Part shown: positions 1 to 12,046 of the stretch, one piece after another
Numbering within the stretch: the stretch's first letter is position 1
Layout of the letters: each line of letters begins with the position of its first letter
Source: Opitutales bacterium
Lineage (GTDB): Bacteria > Verrucomicrobiota > Verrucomicrobiia > Opitutales > PNEW01
Direction of reading: 5' to 3'
Assembly: GCA_965197745.1 (NCBI GenBank)
Contig: CBDANS010000007.1
Span: 1,856,001-1,920,000, forward strand
DNA length: 64,000 nucleotides
Position numbers and translations under genes: made by a program
The notes under the pieces: model-generated
What the model was told of the DNA's origin: nothing
Database searches by the model: none
What the model saw: only the letters and a program-made list of their open reading frames with translations

Positions 1-1
1 T

Positions 2-913
2 TCTTTTCCTTTATGGGATTGGGTAAGCGGTCGCACCAGTGTTTTTAGCTCGGTCGGACTACTGCCATCAGCTTTGCTCGGCATAAAGATAAGTGAATTA
101 CTGGAAGCCGCCGCGGCCATGGATGTTCTTACTCGCACCCGAGACCCATTAAAAAATCCTGCTGCTCTCCTTGCACTCATGTGGTATTACGCCAGCGACG
201 GCAAGGGATCCAAGGACATGGTCATTTTACCTTACAAAGATCGACTCATCCTGTTCTCCAGATACCTGCAACAGCTGATTATGGAATCGCTCGGTAAAGA
301 AACTGATCTTAAAGGGAATGCAGTCAACCAGGGTATTTCTGTATATGGCAATAAAGGCTCGACTGATCAGCATGCCTTTGTCCAACAGTTGCGTGATGGC
401 ATTGACAATTTTTTTGTTACTTTCATTGAAGTCCTTAAAGACAGACAGCATTCTTCTCGGGAAATTGAAAAGGGGGTCACCTCAGGAGATTATTTGCAGG
501 GGGCATTCCTTGGGACACGTTCAGCTCTGCATGAAAAGGGGCGTCAATCCATCTCCATAACGATTAATGAAGTTAGTCCTTTTACCTTAGGATTACTCAT
601 CGCGTTATATGAGCGCGCGGTTGGATTGTATGCAGGAATGATTGGGATCAATGCCTATGATCAACCCGGTGTAGAAGCCGGGAAAAAAGCTGCGGCTCTT
701 TACCTGAAAATAAATAAGGCAATATTAGAATACCTCAAAACCCATCCCGATAATTCTTATACTCCGGAAGAACTGGCCTTGGAATTAGCCCTTGAAAGCG
801 ATTCTGAAATAATCTTCAAATTATTGGAGCATTTAGCCGCTAATCCTGAAAAATGTATTATAAAAGATAAATCGGCCGATTTATTTAGTGCCCGCTATCG
901 ATTTAATCCCTAG
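2..913 (+). CDS. pgi: Glucose-6-phosphate isomerase, 5'-truncated by the window edge
   Basis: Frame open from base 2 ([12 protein letters not shown]); motifs [34 protein letters not shown]. Confidence 0.95.
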   Translation, partial: SFPLWDWVSGRTSVFSSVGLLPSALLGIKISELLEAAAAMDVLTRTRDPLKNPAALLALMWYYASDGKGSKDMVILPYKDRLILFSRYLQQLIMESLGKETDLKGNAVNQGISVYGNKGSTDQHAFVQQLRDGIDNFFVTFIEVLKDRQHSSREIEKGVTSGDYLQGAFLGTRSALHEKGRQSISITINEVSPFTLGLLIALYERAVGLYAGMIGINAYDQPGVEAGKKAAALYLKINKAILEYLKTHPDNSYTPEELALELALESDSEIIFKLLEHLAANPEKCIIKDKSADLFSARYRFNP

Positions 914-984
914 TTGCATATTGCCATAAATCATGTAATGATCTAATGGATAATCATTTAAATATCTTTACTCCCACCATTAAA

Positions 985-1140
985 ATGAAAAAAGAACAGC
1001 TGATAATACTCATTAGTATATTCATCGCAGCGGTAGTTACTCTCTCCGGTTGCGCCAAAGTAAACGAGGATGACTCTTCCATACCATGGAGTCGCCCGGC
1101 GGACTGGGAAAATAGAGCACCTGGTATGCCGGGGATGTGA
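985..1140 (+). CDS. Small lipoprotein
   Basis: MKK + hydrophobic stretch + lipobox LSGC, followed by SIPWSRPADWE; start may instead be 946. Confidence 0.7.
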   Translation: MKKEQLIILISIFIAAVVTLSGCAKVNEDDSSIPWSRPADWENRAPGMPGM

Positions 1141-1176
1141 AATGGGTGATTCATCTTTATAAAATCACTTTATCTT

Positions 1177-1890
1177 ATGCAGCCGCGGAAATCCGCCTGT
1201 GCCGAACCTGGTCGGCTCTATGTTTTAGCAACACCAATTGGCAATCTTGGTGATATATCTGCTAGAGCAGTCGCTATTCTTGGCACTTGTGACATTATCG
1301 CAGCGGAAAACATACAAAGAACGAAACGGCTCCTCGATCATCTAAAGATAGGTACTAAAATACTTCCATATCATGAGCATAATGAAATTCGTCAGGCTTT
1401 CAATATTGCCACCCTCATCGAATCGGGGAACGCCATAGCGCTCGTTTCCGATTCAGGGACACCAACCGTTAGCGATCCTGGTTTCCGACTCGTCCGGGAA
1501 TGTCGACGCCGCACTATTGATGTCATTCCCCTACCTGGACCTTCAGCGCATATAGCAGCACTCTCTGCTTCGGGATTACCGAGCGACGGATTTCTCTTTG
1601 TAGGATTTCTGCCTTCTAAATCAGCCGCGCGGCAAAAATTTTTCAAAGAGTTCTGTGATTTTGATTTCACCCTTATCCTCTATGAATCCTGTCATCGAAT
1701 TACTAAATGCATGAATGATTTAATTGAAGTGCTAGGCCCTGAACGAACTGTCTGTGTATCTCGAGAGTTAACTAAAATTCACGAATCTTTTTACATTGGA
1801 CCTGCCGATCATGTCCGCGAACTGCTTAATAAAAACAGTCTTAAAGGAGAGTTTGTAGTGGTGGTCGCAAAAAAGGGATTCCAAATATAA
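1177..1890 (+). CDS. rsmI: 16S rRNA C1402 2'-O-methyltransferase
   Basis: LATPIGNLGDIS, VSDSGTPTVSDPG, RELTKIHE. Confidence 0.95.
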   Translation: MQPRKSACAEPGRLYVLATPIGNLGDISARAVAILGTCDIIAAENIQRTKRLLDHLKIGTKILPYHEHNEIRQAFNIATLIESGNAIALVSDSGTPTVSDPGFRLVRECRRRTIDVIPLPGPSAHIAALSASGLPSDGFLFVGFLPSKSAARQKFFKEFCDFDFTLILYESCHRITKCMNDLIEVLGPERTVCVSRELTKIHESFYIGPADHVRELLNKNSLKGEFVVVVAKKGFQI

Positions 1891-1894
1891 TCGA

Positions 1895-2847
1895 TTGTTG
1901 GTGAACAGTAAATCACCTGTAGTTGCGGTAATTGATATAGGCAGTAATACCATTAAGCTCCTGGTGGCAGGTAACGGAAATCCGCTTCATGTCATCGCCG
2001 AGGAGTCAAGTTATACGCGTATCATTAAAGGGGTAGACAGTATAAACCCACGACTGCCTGAGGAGAATATAGAGGAAAGTTGCCATAGCATCAAGAGCCT
2101 GGTTCAACATGCGTACAAGTATTCACCTCAGCGTATTGTCGTCGCCGCCACGAGTGCGGTGAGAGACGCTGACAACGGGGATATATTGAGCAGAGGTGTC
2201 TTTAAGAGCACCGGCTACAAATTGCAGGTGCTTAGTGGGGTGGAAGAAGCATTAGCCATTAGTCGTGGCGTGGCTCTAGATCCTGGACTCGCTGGAATTA
2301 AGAGATATTACCTCATCGACCTTGGTGGGGGCAGCCTCGAGCTAATTGATTATTCTTTCGACTCCATTAATCAACTGGCAAGCCTTCCTCTTGGAGCCGT
2401 TCGTTTGAAGGATGATATACTCAAAAATGTTAATACCGTTTTAGATGAAGAAGCAGTCAAAACTATTCAGCAATCTGTAATTGAAGTGATTCACTCAAGT
2501 GGATTTAAGTTCCTGCAGATTGGACAGCCGCTTGTTGTCACCAGCGGTTCCTTAAGGGTAGCTAAGAATCTGATCAGCAGGCAATCTCCGGAAATCCCCT
2601 CTGATTCGACCGAGATCCCCTCTGGACGCTTCGAGAATTATATCATAACTTATCAAAGCTCAGCCTTCCAGAGCGCCTGGCCCTGCCTGGTATGAGTGCA
2701 TCCCACGCAGATATTCTCCCTGTCGCACTCATCATTATTCTGCTAATCGCTGATCAATCCGGCACCGATAAGATTATTCATTCCTCTTACAATCTGCGTT
2801 ATGGCTTAGCCGCTCAGTTGCTCGCGGAAATGAGTCAAAATGGATAG
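1895..2847 (+). pseudogene. ppx: Ppx/GppA-family phosphatase, frameshifted near 2625
   Basis: IDIGSNTIK, ATSAVRDA, DLGGGSLE; the family-like C-terminus (HADILP..SSYNLRYGL) continues in another frame to TAG 2845-2847. Confidence 0.8.
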
Positions 2848-3780
2848 GAAATCAGAGGGGATAGGTGCCTTTAGTTCAAGTTTCTGCTCAGTAATGGGAT
2901 GGCGTAGTGAAAGACGGTGTGCGTGGAGAAGAAACCGTTGAATAGGCGGAGTTGTTGTTGTTTCCGCCTTAGAACCATAGAGATGATCCCCTAAAACGGG
3001 GTGGCCAATATGGGCAAGATGAACCCTGATCTGGTGCGTGCGACCCGTGTGAATGCGAATCTTAAGAAGTGCGTATTGCCCGCCATATGTCTCCTGGCAT
3101 TTCCAATCACTGTGGGCAAAACGTCCATTAAGGGTAACCGCCATTTTAATTCTATTTACAGGGTGCCTGCCTATCGGTTCTTTAATGGTTCCTGAACTCA
3201 TTGTGGGGACACCACTTACTAAGGCCAGGTAATCTTTTTTCAGGGTGCGTTCCTCAAACATTTTGCTGAGACCGAGAAAAGCGGTGTCCGATTTCGCGAC
3301 GACGATTATACCTGAAGTATCCTTGTCGAGACGATGAACTATACCGGGCCGTTCCACCCCCCCTATGCCGCTTAAAGACTCGCGGCAATGGTGTAACATA
3401 GCATGTACGAGAGTAGGTTCAGTTATCCCGCACCCGGGGTGAACGACCAACCCCGCAATTTTATTAACGGCTACGATATGTTCATCTTCAAAAATAATCT
3501 CGAGGGGAAGAGCTATAGGCTTAAGATCGACAGGTTGCGTTGCTGGCAGGGTATAATAAATTGTGTCTCCCGCCGAGAGCCGCTGGCTTTTGATTATTAC
3601 TTCATTATCGAGCCAGACGAGACCCGATTCGAAAAACCGCTGGATCTGACTGCGACTGAGTTCCGGACAGTGATGGTGCAATACTTTATCTGCACGAACA
3701 CGGTTAAAAGTTGAGGGTACTTCAAAATAGTTATCCTCACCCGTTAACTTGGATTGTTTGCTCAAGCTAAATATCCTCAA
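2806..3780 (-). CDS. rluD: RluA/RluD-family pseudouridine synthase
   Basis: S4-like N-terminus, RPGIVHRLDKDTSG, TGRTHQIRVH. Confidence 0.9.
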   Translation of the reverse strand: MRIFSLSKQSKLTGEDNYFEVPSTFNRVRADKVLHHHCPELSRSQIQRFFESGLVWLDNEVIIKSQRLSAGDTIYYTLPATQPVDLKPIALPLEIIFEDEHIVAVNKIAGLVVHPGCGITEPTLVHAMLHHCRESLSGIGGVERPGIVHRLDKDTSGIIVVAKSDTAFLGLSKMFEERTLKKDYLALVSGVPTMSSGTIKEPIGRHPVNRIKMAVTLNGRFAHSDWKCQETYGGQYALLKIRIHTGRTHQIRVHLAHIGHPVLGDHLYGSKAETTTTPPIQRFLLHAHRLSLRHPITEQKLELKAPIPSDFLSILTHFREQLSG

Positions 3781-4768
3781 TGATAAGGTCGAGTTGTTTT
3801 AAATAAAGAAGCTTTTCATCCTCAGGGATAAGAGCAATCTCAAATCCGTTGCGCGCCAACTGCGCTAATTCTTTATTTTTAAAACCCAACTCCATAGCTA
3901 ATGCCGCATATTCCTCTTCCAAATGATTGCCAAAAGAAAGCGGATCATCAGTATTCAAAGTACAGCGCACACCCGCGTCGTAAAGCATGCGAATGGGGTG
4001 ATCTTTCATGGAATGAACAACATTAAGCTTAACATTGCTTATGGGACAGACATCGAAAGTGATTTCCTTATCGACAACCATGGATAGCAAATTTGGATCT
4101 TCAACCGCGCGCACCCCGTGTTCAATACGAACAACACCCAAAGATTCGATTGCGTCTTTTACATAGTCTGGACCACCAAACTCTCCGGCATGAGCTTTGG
4201 TGAACTTTCCCCTGTCCCGAGCACGTGACCAGAGATCTCTCGCCCAATCCTCGATGGGGAGTAGTTCCGTGCCATGTAGATCAATCCCGTCTAATCCCTC
4301 CCAGTCCAGACAATCATTTAATACCGGAATCATTTTTTCGGTATATTGGTTACGCAGAATGCCCATAAATATTCTTACTTCCAATCCCTGAGGGACCGCG
4401 TCTCTTATCGCAGCTATAATTTCCGGACCCGGAATATTCAAAAACTCGATAATTCCGGCATGGAAACTCGTCTCGACATACTTAACATTTTGTTCGAGAT
4501 GTTTTCCGAAAATCATTTTGGCTGCTTCATTATATCTTTGGGGAGTAGTGTACCACTGTAGAGCCATGGCAATCAAATCGTCTGAGAATTCACTATAGCT
4601 TTGGAATTTGAAATCATCATTCCACGACCTGGGGAGGTCTTTAAACTGATTCGGATCGAGATTCTGGAGCAATGAGTAAGGCAAAGCTCCTTCTATGTGC
4701 AGATGAGTTTCCGTCTTAGGCAAATTCCGAATAAAGGCAGCAAGACGGGTATCGGGCTGATAGGGCAT
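3767..4768 (-). CDS. add: Adenosine/adenine deaminase family
   Basis: PKTETHLHIEG, AHAGE, RIEHG, CPISN, NTDDP. Confidence 0.85.
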   Translation of the reverse strand: MPYQPDTRLAAFIRNLPKTETHLHIEGALPYSLLQNLDPNQFKDLPRSWNDDFKFQSYSEFSDDLIAMALQWYTTPQRYNEAAKMIFGKHLEQNVKYVETSFHAGIIEFLNIPGPEIIAAIRDAVPQGLEVRIFMGILRNQYTEKMIPVLNDCLDWEGLDGIDLHGTELLPIEDWARDLWSRARDRGKFTKAHAGEFGGPDYVKDAIESLGVVRIEHGVRAVEDPNLLSMVVDKEITFDVCPISNVKLNVVHSMKDHPIRMLYDAGVRCTLNTDDPLSFGNHLEEEYAALAMELGFKNKELAQLARNGFEIALIPEDEKLLYLKQLDLIIEDI

Positions 4769-4836
4769 TTTAGACTCTTAGAGTGGCGCACGATCAATGA
4801 GCATTACCTTATCTCCGATTGAAACTCTAAATAAAC

Positions 4837-5955
4837 TTATTTCTTACCCAGAAGATAATCCGGGTTTAACTTCTGAAGAACCTTTGGAATAAAAAGGCCA
4901 TCCTTTCTTATAAGTTTACGATCAAAATAAATTTCCCCTCCCCCATAATCGGGACGCTGAATACAAACAAGATCCCAATGGACTTGCGAGCGATTTCCAT
5001 TATTCGCTTCCTCATATGCCTGACCGGGAGTGAGGTGAAAAGATCCGGCAATCTTTTCATCAAAAAGTATGTCACGCATGGGTTCGAGGATATGCGGATT
5101 AAAACCAATGGCAAATTCACCGATATAACGCGCTCCCTGATCCGAGTCTAAAATCTCGTTAAGTTTCCCCTCATTGCCGCTAGCCGTGGCTTTAACGATA
5201 CGGCCTTTTTTGAAAATAAAGCGGACATTTTCAAAAGAATTACCCTGGTATACGGTGGCAGCATTATAAGTGATTTGCCCCTCTACACTTGTCTTAAGAG
5301 GACAGGAAAACACCTCTCCATCCGGTATATTATGAGACCCCCCACAAGTCACAGAAGACAACCCTTTTAAGGAGAACCGCAGGTCGGTCCCGGGCCCTTT
5401 TATTTCAACTCTATCGGTCTTATCCATGAGACGTTTGAGCGCCGACATACCTGGTATCATGCGGGAATAGTCAAGGGTGCAGACACGAAAATAAAAGTCC
5501 TCGAATGATTTTGTGCTTTGCAAAGCTTGTTGCGCCATGGCCGGAGTGGGCCAACGCAAAACCACCCATTTTGTCTTTTTCACCCGCCAGTCGAGAACCG
5601 GTTTCGACAGACTGATAGCGAGATTCATTTTTTCTGCGGGTACATCTGAAAATTCAAAAATATTGTTTGCGCCGCGAAGGGCAATATAAGCATCCATTTG
5701 TTTCATTCGCTGCAATTCATTTTTACAGGCAATAGTATATTGTTCGCTCACCCCTTCTCGATAAATTTCTCTGCTAATAGGGGCATGGTGTATTTGCACA
5801 AAAGGAATCGCTCCTCTTTTTCTAGCTGCCTCAATAATGGCGATGACCATCTCATCAGGAACATCATAGGCATCGATGAGAACTTTTTCGCCCTTATCTA
5901 ATTTAGTGGAAAACCCGGTTAAAACTTTAGCCAGCTGATTATACCGTGGATCCAT
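4837..5955 (-). CDS. M29 family aminopeptidase (AmpS/PepS-like)
   Basis: [34 protein letters not shown]. Confidence 0.9.
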   Translation of the reverse strand: MDPRYNQLAKVLTGFSTKLDKGEKVLIDAYDVPDEMVIAIIEAARKRGAIPFVQIHHAPISREIYREGVSEQYTIACKNELQRMKQMDAYIALRGANNIFEFSDVPAEKMNLAISLSKPVLDWRVKKTKWVVLRWPTPAMAQQALQSTKSFEDFYFRVCTLDYSRMIPGMSALKRLMDKTDRVEIKGPGTDLRFSLKGLSSVTCGGSHNIPDGEVFSCPLKTSVEGQITYNAATVYQGNSFENVRFIFKKGRIVKATASGNEGKLNEILDSDQGARYIGEFAIGFNPHILEPMRDILFDEKIAGSFHLTPGQAYEEANNGNRSQVHWDLVCIQRPDYGGGEIYFDRKLIRKDGLFIPKVLQKLNPDYLLGKK

Positions 5956-6018
5956 GCAAATTCTCCTTCATATATATCGCTTCACTATAAGAGGACATTT
6001 ATGAAGCGCCTACAACTG

Positions 6019-6804
6019 CTAGTTAAGTTTCTCATCAATGCAGTCCCTAACTTCTTCGATACTGCCATGAGCATCGATAAAGTGATAAGGAAATACATTC
6101 TGAAGCGCCTTTAAAGGTTTATTAGTGGTTTGTTTAAAGGTGCGATATCGATGGCGTGCCGTTGTTTCACTGAGGTCGGTTATTCGGGGCTCCTGCAATG
6201 TACCTGCTCCCAATTTCTCAATCTTCTTATTATGATCCAGCATCTGTTTCCCCCGATTCAACTGTCTTTGTACACTTGTTGCCTCGTTTACATAGAGGAC
6301 GATAATATGGAAATCAGGAATGGGGAAATTACTTTCATCTGGTGATCCAAGATGCATATTGTGCAACTCCATCAACCGTCGATGCAGGTCCTTCAGGCAC
6401 TCCGCTTGAACCATGCTCCGGGGAAACCCGTCAACGAGCGCACCCGCTTTGTATTTTGGATTGATGAGTTTTCGCAAGAGGAGCTTAAACGTTTCGTTAT
6501 CACCCACCAGAATACCGGCATTTATCAGTCGCTTGGACTTAGTGCTTCGAAATAGAGAACTGGTGACGATGGGCGGTGCCGTCAGGTTTGATATCTGCAT
6601 GATGGCGTCGGTCTGTGTGCCTTTGCCTGCACCCGGTGCGCCATTTAGCCAGCATATTTTTTTCGGGAAACAAAGTTTACCTTCTCCCTTTTCGTTTTTA
6701 AGCTCCGCCCATGCGAGATCGAGAATCTTCCGTGCCTCAAGAATATCACTATCCGGACTGTTCGTTTTTTCGGGTTTCGTTTTTGTTGGGGTAATATCAG
6801 GCAT
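6019..6804 (-). CDS. Adenylate kinase-like nucleoside monophosphate kinase
   Basis: P-loop GAPGAGKGT, VDGFPRS. Confidence 0.8.
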   Translation of the reverse strand: MPDITPTKTKPEKTNSPDSDILEARKILDLAWAELKNEKGEGKLCFPKKICWLNGAPGAGKGTQTDAIMQISNLTAPPIVTSSLFRSTKSKRLINAGILVGDNETFKLLLRKLINPKYKAGALVDGFPRSMVQAECLKDLHRRLMELHNMHLGSPDESNFPIPDFHIIVLYVNEATSVQRQLNRGKQMLDHNKKIEKLGAGTLQEPRITDLSETTARHRYRTFKQTTNKPLKALQNVFPYHFIDAHGSIEEVRDCIDEKLN

Positions 6805-6894
6805 GGGGTGGCTGCAGAAAATCCAGGTCAGCTGGGTGTTTTATTGTGATTTAGGTTATTAAATAATTCGTTAGATGTTGTTGCAATCATAATA

Positions 6895-8115
6895 TCATTG
6901 AGGAAAGGGAGATCTTGTCGCGGGCATATCTTTTTTTGGAAAACATATTCTGGATACCGCTTCATCAAAATCACTTACCCCGCTGAGGATATCAATTTTT
7001 AACTTCAAGTAATAAAATGGAACGGGGGGCTCGTGTGTTTTGGGGATGCGGACCGCATCTTTTTCGGTGGTCACCACCATATCAAGTTTGGCCTTCTTCA
7101 CACGATCGAAAAAATGCTTCAGTTCAGATGATGAAAACCAGTGGTGATCGAGGAATCGTCGATTGTATTGAATCTCGGCTCCATTTTTCTCTAAAAATTT
7201 TTCAAAACTCTCAGGATCGGCAATGCCACTGAAGGAACCAATCTTTTTACCTTGTAGTGTTGAAAGCTCACGCTTTGCATCACCATTAACCTCTTGCAGG
7301 TACTGCGGGTGGTGCGCACATTCAATTATTTCTGTATCCGGCTTATACTGGCGAATAATATTTTCGAGTATTGAATCATTTTGACCATCGGACTTGGTGA
7401 CAAAAACATAAGATGCCCGTTTAATGTGTTTAATGGGCTCACGCAGAATGCCGCGTGGGAGTAATTGATGATTACCGAATGGGTTGGTTTTATCGATGAG
7501 AAGGAGGTTAAGTTGTTCTTTTAGCGCAAGGTATTGAAACCCATCATCGAGGATAAGGGTATCGGCACCAAAATGTTTAATTGCAAAAAATCCTGCTTTA
7601 ACTCTATTTTTATCCACAATGACGAGAACACCGGGGAGATTTTTAGCCAACATATAAGGTTCATCACCAGCCATTTTCGCATCGAGGAGAACAGTGCGCC
7701 CATCACTTACAATCTTTGGCGGCGGCGGTTCGCCATGGGAAATCATTCGCCACCACTTTTTTAGCACGGCTTCGTTTTTACTTTTATATCCACGACTGAG
7801 AATAGCAACAGTGCGTCCCCGTTCAGCCAGGCTGCGGGCAAAAATTTCAACCACCGGTGTTTTACCGGTGCCCCCAACAGTAAGATTGCCCACGACAATA
7901 ACGAGACAACCAAGATGTTGGTCATGCATGATGCGGTTTTTATAGAGAAGCAACCGGAACTGGACGAGAACACTAAATACTTTGGATAATCCCGTTAACA
8001 CGAGTTTATACGCGTTTATGTAAAGTCCTTCGCGACGACCATAGATGACATCAATCGTAAACTTCTCAAAATTCTCGAAACCGTTTTCCAGATATTCCTT
8101 AAAATGCTTAAGCAT
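6895..8115 (-). CDS. lpxK: Tetraacyldisaccharide 4'-kinase
   Basis: [35 protein letters not shown]. Confidence 0.95.
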   Translation of the reverse strand: MLKHFKEYLENGFENFEKFTIDVIYGRREGLYINAYKLVLTGLSKVFSVLVQFRLLLYKNRIMHDQHLGCLVIVVGNLTVGGTGKTPVVEIFARSLAERGRTVAILSRGYKSKNEAVLKKWWRMISHGEPPPPKIVSDGRTVLLDAKMAGDEPYMLAKNLPGVLVIVDKNRVKAGFFAIKHFGADTLILDDGFQYLALKEQLNLLLIDKTNPFGNHQLLPRGILREPIKHIKRASYVFVTKSDGQNDSILENIIRQYKPDTEIIECAHHPQYLQEVNGDAKRELSTLQGKKIGSFSGIADPESFEKFLEKNGAEIQYNRRFLDHHWFSSSELKHFFDRVKKAKLDMVVTTEKDAVRIPKTHEPPVPFYYLKLKIDILSGVSDFDEAVSRICFPKKDMPATRSPFPQ

Positions 8116-8374
8116 AGCGTTAATCCCGCAAATATGTGTTACTCAAAAAAATCGTTACGAGCCATTGGATGGATTTCCCAGTGTATGATATTATCTATAA
8201 GTGGCTTATCCACTGGTAGTTGAGAGTTTATCTTAACCTTTGTACCCGAAGATATTGTCATCAAAGTAATACATAAAGAGCCTTGACGAATTAAAAAATG
8301 CGCATTTTTCATATCCAGCCAACAAAAATGCAAATTAATTTACTCAGATCTAAAATCCATCGATCACATAACAG

Positions 8375-9451
8375 TTGAGTTACAAACTTTTTATTCCTGG
8401 TCCAGTTGAGGTATCGCCCAAGACATTCAAGGCGATGTCCACGCCTGTCATTGGCCATCGAAGTCCAGATTTTATCGCACTTTATGAGGCGATCCAGCCC
8501 AGGTTGCAGCAGCTTTTTTACACTCAGGATCCAGTGTTTCTCAGCACCAGCAGTGCCTGGGGCGTAATGGAAGGTTCAATCAGGAATCTTACAGCTAAAA
8601 AAGTTCTTAACTGTATGTGTGGAGCCTTCTCCGACAAATGGTACGATGTTGCTGGACGCTGCGGGAAAAATGCGGTCGCTCTTCAATTTGAATGGGGCCA
8701 TCCTGTTGACCCAGAAGCTGTTCACCGGGAACTGTCAAAGGGGCAGTATGATACTATTACAATTGTCCACAATGAAACATCAACTGGCACGATGAGTCCT
8801 ATTGCGGAAATTATGGCAGTGGTAAGAGAGTTTCCCGAGGTAATCTCCATTGTCGACACCGTTAGTTCATTTTCGGCTTTACCCATTAAAAAAGATGAAC
8901 TCGGCATCGATGTCATGCTGACCGGCTCCCAGAAAGCGCTCGCTTTACCTCCGGGGCTATCCTTATGCAGCGTTTCTCAGCGTGCACTCAATCGAAGCGA
9001 AAAACAAAATAATCGCGGCTATTATTTTGATTTTTTGGAATTTCTAAAAAATCACGAAAAAGGGATGACCCCTTCAACACCCAATATCCCGCTGATTTAT
9101 GCATTGCGCTCAAAACTGGGTGATATTTTTGAAGAGGGCGTAGAAAACCGATACGACCGCCATGAGCAACTCAATAGTATGGTTCATGCATGGGTCGAAA
9201 AGAACGGGTTTCAATTGTTTCCCGAAAAATGTTTCGCCTCCAAAACACTTAGCTGCGTGCAGAACAATCGAAATATCGACCTCGTCAAACTCAATGAAAA
9301 TTTAAAGAATCGTTTCAAATGTGTTATAGATGGAGGTTACGGTAAGATCAAAGGTAAGACCTTCCGCATTTCTAATATGGGAGATGAAACTGAATCAACA
9401 ATTTCCACACTCCTTGATAATATAACTGCAGTAATTTCCACTCTGGATTAA
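8375..9451 (+). CDS. Class V PLP aminotransferase (serine-pyruvate/alanine-glyoxylate type)
   Basis: FIPGP, VHNETSTG, GSQKALALPPG, FRISNMG. Confidence 0.9.
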   Translation: MSYKLFIPGPVEVSPKTFKAMSTPVIGHRSPDFIALYEAIQPRLQQLFYTQDPVFLSTSSAWGVMEGSIRNLTAKKVLNCMCGAFSDKWYDVAGRCGKNAVALQFEWGHPVDPEAVHRELSKGQYDTITIVHNETSTGTMSPIAEIMAVVREFPEVISIVDTVSSFSALPIKKDELGIDVMLTGSQKALALPPGLSLCSVSQRALNRSEKQNNRGYYFDFLEFLKNHEKGMTPSTPNIPLIYALRSKLGDIFEEGVENRYDRHEQLNSMVHAWVEKNGFQLFPEKCFASKTLSCVQNNRNIDLVKLNENLKNRFKCVIDGGYGKIKGKTFRISNMGDETESTISTLLDNITAVISTLD

Positions 9452-9495
9452 CCCCATACATAAAGAGATAAATAAGCCCCTGTAAACTTAGATAG

Positions 9496-11970
9496 ATGAA
9501 AACCTTCATTATTACCGAAAAACCAAGTGTTACCCGAGATATTGCATCTGCTCTGGGCAATCTGAAGAAAATAGGCAATTGGTATGAAAACGATGAATAT
9601 ATTATTCACTCTGCATCCGGACATCTTGTTGAACTTTTTATGCCTGAAGATATTGATAAAAAATTAGGATTCTGGAGACTTGGCGCCCTCCCTATTATCC
9701 CCCAGAAATTTGAACTTAAGCCCATCGAGAGATCCAAAGCAAAGTTTAATGAACTGAAAAAACTCATGGGGAGAAAAGAAGTCGATCTTATCGTGAACGC
9801 CTGTGATGCCGGCCGCGAAGGAGAATTGATTTTCACCTATATTTATGAATTAGCAAAATCGAAAAAACCAATTAAACGACTGTGGATGCAATCCATGACC
9901 CGCGACGGTATCCGCAAAGCATTTTCTTTACTACGAAACAACGAACAAATGAAACCTCTTGAGGACGCTGCCCGCTGTCGATCAGAAGCAGATTGGATGA
10001 TTGGTATCAATGGCACGCGCGCATTTACAACGAGAATGTATGGTTCACGACGTGGCCAGGTTGCCACCGTGGGCCGCGTCCAGACCCCCACCCTGGCCAT
10101 GGTCCATACTCGAGAATTAGCGATACGAAATTTCATTTCACGCCCTTACTGGCAGATTATCGGTGAATTTTCCGTCGCTGAGGGAAACTATACTGGAGTC
10201 TATCAACAACAGGATTTTAAAAAATCTGATGATAAAAATGATCGGATCGATCGTCTCTGGGATAAAGCATCGGCTGATCAAATCGTCTCTCAGGTAATGG
10301 GTATTAAAGATGCGCCTGCTAATGATAAGAAAAAACGGACTAAGCAATACGCACCTCTACTTTACGATTTAACCACTCTTCAACGAGAGGCTAATAACCG
10401 ATTTGGGCTCTCTGCACGCCACACATTGCAAACGGCACAAGCGCTTTACGAAAAACATAAGCTTATTACCTATCCCAGAACCGATTCGCATGCCCTACCT
10501 GAAGATTATCTATCTACGTGTAAGGGAATCATGAGCAATTTAATTAATCTAAAAGCATTTGCTCAACGGGTGCTGGATAACGGCTGGATTCATCCCAATA
10601 AGAGAATATTTAATAATGCACGAATCAGTGATCATTTCGCCATTATACCAACGGGCCAGAGTAGCGCTAATTTAAAAGCTGATGAAGAAAAAATATTCGA
10701 CATGATCTGCCGCCGTTTCATCGCTGTTTTCTACCCTCCCGCTCAATATGATGTGACTACTAGAAATACTGAAGTTGCTGAACATAACTTCAAAACTGAA
10801 GGAAGAGTATTAGTTGAACCGGGTTGGCTGGAGGTTTACGAAAGAACGACTGTCGATAAAGAGATTCTTCCCGCCCTGAGCAGCAGTGATGGCACCCCAT
10901 CTAGCGCTAAAGTAATTTCAATTGAAATAAAAAATGAAGCGACTACACCACCCCCACGGTATACTGAGGCTACCCTGCTTTCGGCTATGGAAGGCGCAGG
11001 AAAATTAGTTGATGAAGAAGAGCTGGCCGAAGCACTCAAAGAGAAGGGTCTCGGCACTCCTGCCACGCGCGCTCAGATTATTGAGCATCTTATTAAAGAA
11101 AAGTATTTAGTCCGGGAGGGACGCGAACTGCTCCCTACGGGGAAGACTGAAAACCTCATTGAATTTCTTGAAGCCGTTAAAGTAGATGCGCTCACCAGCC
11201 CCGCTATGACTGGGGAGTGGGAACATAAACTGCATTTGATTGAAACCGGAGAGCTAACCCGTGGGGATTTTATGAACGGCATCATTCAAATGACTACGGA
11301 AATAGTTGATCGGACTAAAAATTTTAAAGAATCGGATGAGGATGCACGGGTGAGTGATATCACCGCGCCCTCTGACGGCAAACCGATGCTTGAAACGCTC
11401 CGCAATTATAAATCTCAAGACGGCAAGTACATTGTTTACAAGATTATCGGCAACCGGAAGTTTAACGAAGAAGAAATTCACGCCCTTGTTACGCAACGAA
11501 AATTAGGGCCCATTGATGGATTCCGTTCCAAGGCAGGAAAACCCTTTTCTGCTATGCTTCAACTGGATGAAAACAATAAGGTAAATTTTATTTTTGAAAA
11601 CCAGAGAAATCAGGATGGGAATGAAAATGCACAAGGCGAATCAGCTGATATATCGAAATTTCCGATTGTCGGGAAATGCCCGGTTGATGGTTCTCCCATA
11701 CATGAAACGCCTAATGCTTATGTAAGCGCTAACTATTATGACAAAGAGAAGAAGAGCAATTTTCGTGTCAGCCGCGTCCTTCTGGGACGCACCATTCCAC
11801 GCGAACAATTCGTTAAACTTCTTGAAAACGGGAAGACCGATCTATTAGATAAATTTCGCTCGAAACGGACAAAAAGATTTTTTTCCGCCTACTTGATTTT
11901 AAAGAAAAACGGCCAGATAGGTTTTGAATTTGAGAAGAAAAAATCAGCAAGCAAAAAAGATGCGCCTTGA
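9496..11970 (+). CDS. topB: DNA topoisomerase III
   Basis: TEKPS, CDAGREGELI, GRVQTPTL, ITYPRTDS, GLGTPATRA; C-terminal GFRSKAGKPFSA-type repeats. Confidence 0.93.
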   Translation: MKTFIITEKPSVTRDIASALGNLKKIGNWYENDEYIIHSASGHLVELFMPEDIDKKLGFWRLGALPIIPQKFELKPIERSKAKFNELKKLMGRKEVDLIVNACDAGREGELIFTYIYELAKSKKPIKRLWMQSMTRDGIRKAFSLLRNNEQMKPLEDAARCRSEADWMIGINGTRAFTTRMYGSRRGQVATVGRVQTPTLAMVHTRELAIRNFISRPYWQIIGEFSVAEGNYTGVYQQQDFKKSDDKNDRIDRLWDKASADQIVSQVMGIKDAPANDKKKRTKQYAPLLYDLTTLQREANNRFGLSARHTLQTAQALYEKHKLITYPRTDSHALPEDYLSTCKGIMSNLINLKAFAQRVLDNGWIHPNKRIFNNARISDHFAIIPTGQSSANLKADEEKIFDMICRRFIAVFYPPAQYDVTTRNTEVAEHNFKTEGRVLVEPGWLEVYERTTVDKEILPALSSSDGTPSSAKVISIEIKNEATTPPPRYTEATLLSAMEGAGKLVDEEELAEALKEKGLGTPATRAQIIEHLIKEKYLVREGRELLPTGKTENLIEFLEAVKVDALTSPAMTGEWEHKLHLIETGELTRGDFMNGIIQMTTEIVDRTKNFKESDEDARVSDITAPSDGKPMLETLRNYKSQDGKYIVYKIIGNRKFNEEEIHALVTQRKLGPIDGFRSKAGKPFSAMLQLDENNKVNFIFENQRNQDGNENAQGESADISKFPIVGKCPVDGSPIHETPNAYVSANYYDKEKKSNFRVSRVLLGRTIPREQFVKLLENGKTDLLDKFRSKRTKRFFSAYLILKKNGQIGFEFEKKKSASKKDAP

Positions 11971-12046
11971 TTTTAATATTTAATACCCTTTAATTCGACG
12001 AATTTCTTATCGCCTTTAGACGCATAACATCAAAGAGGAGTGACCA

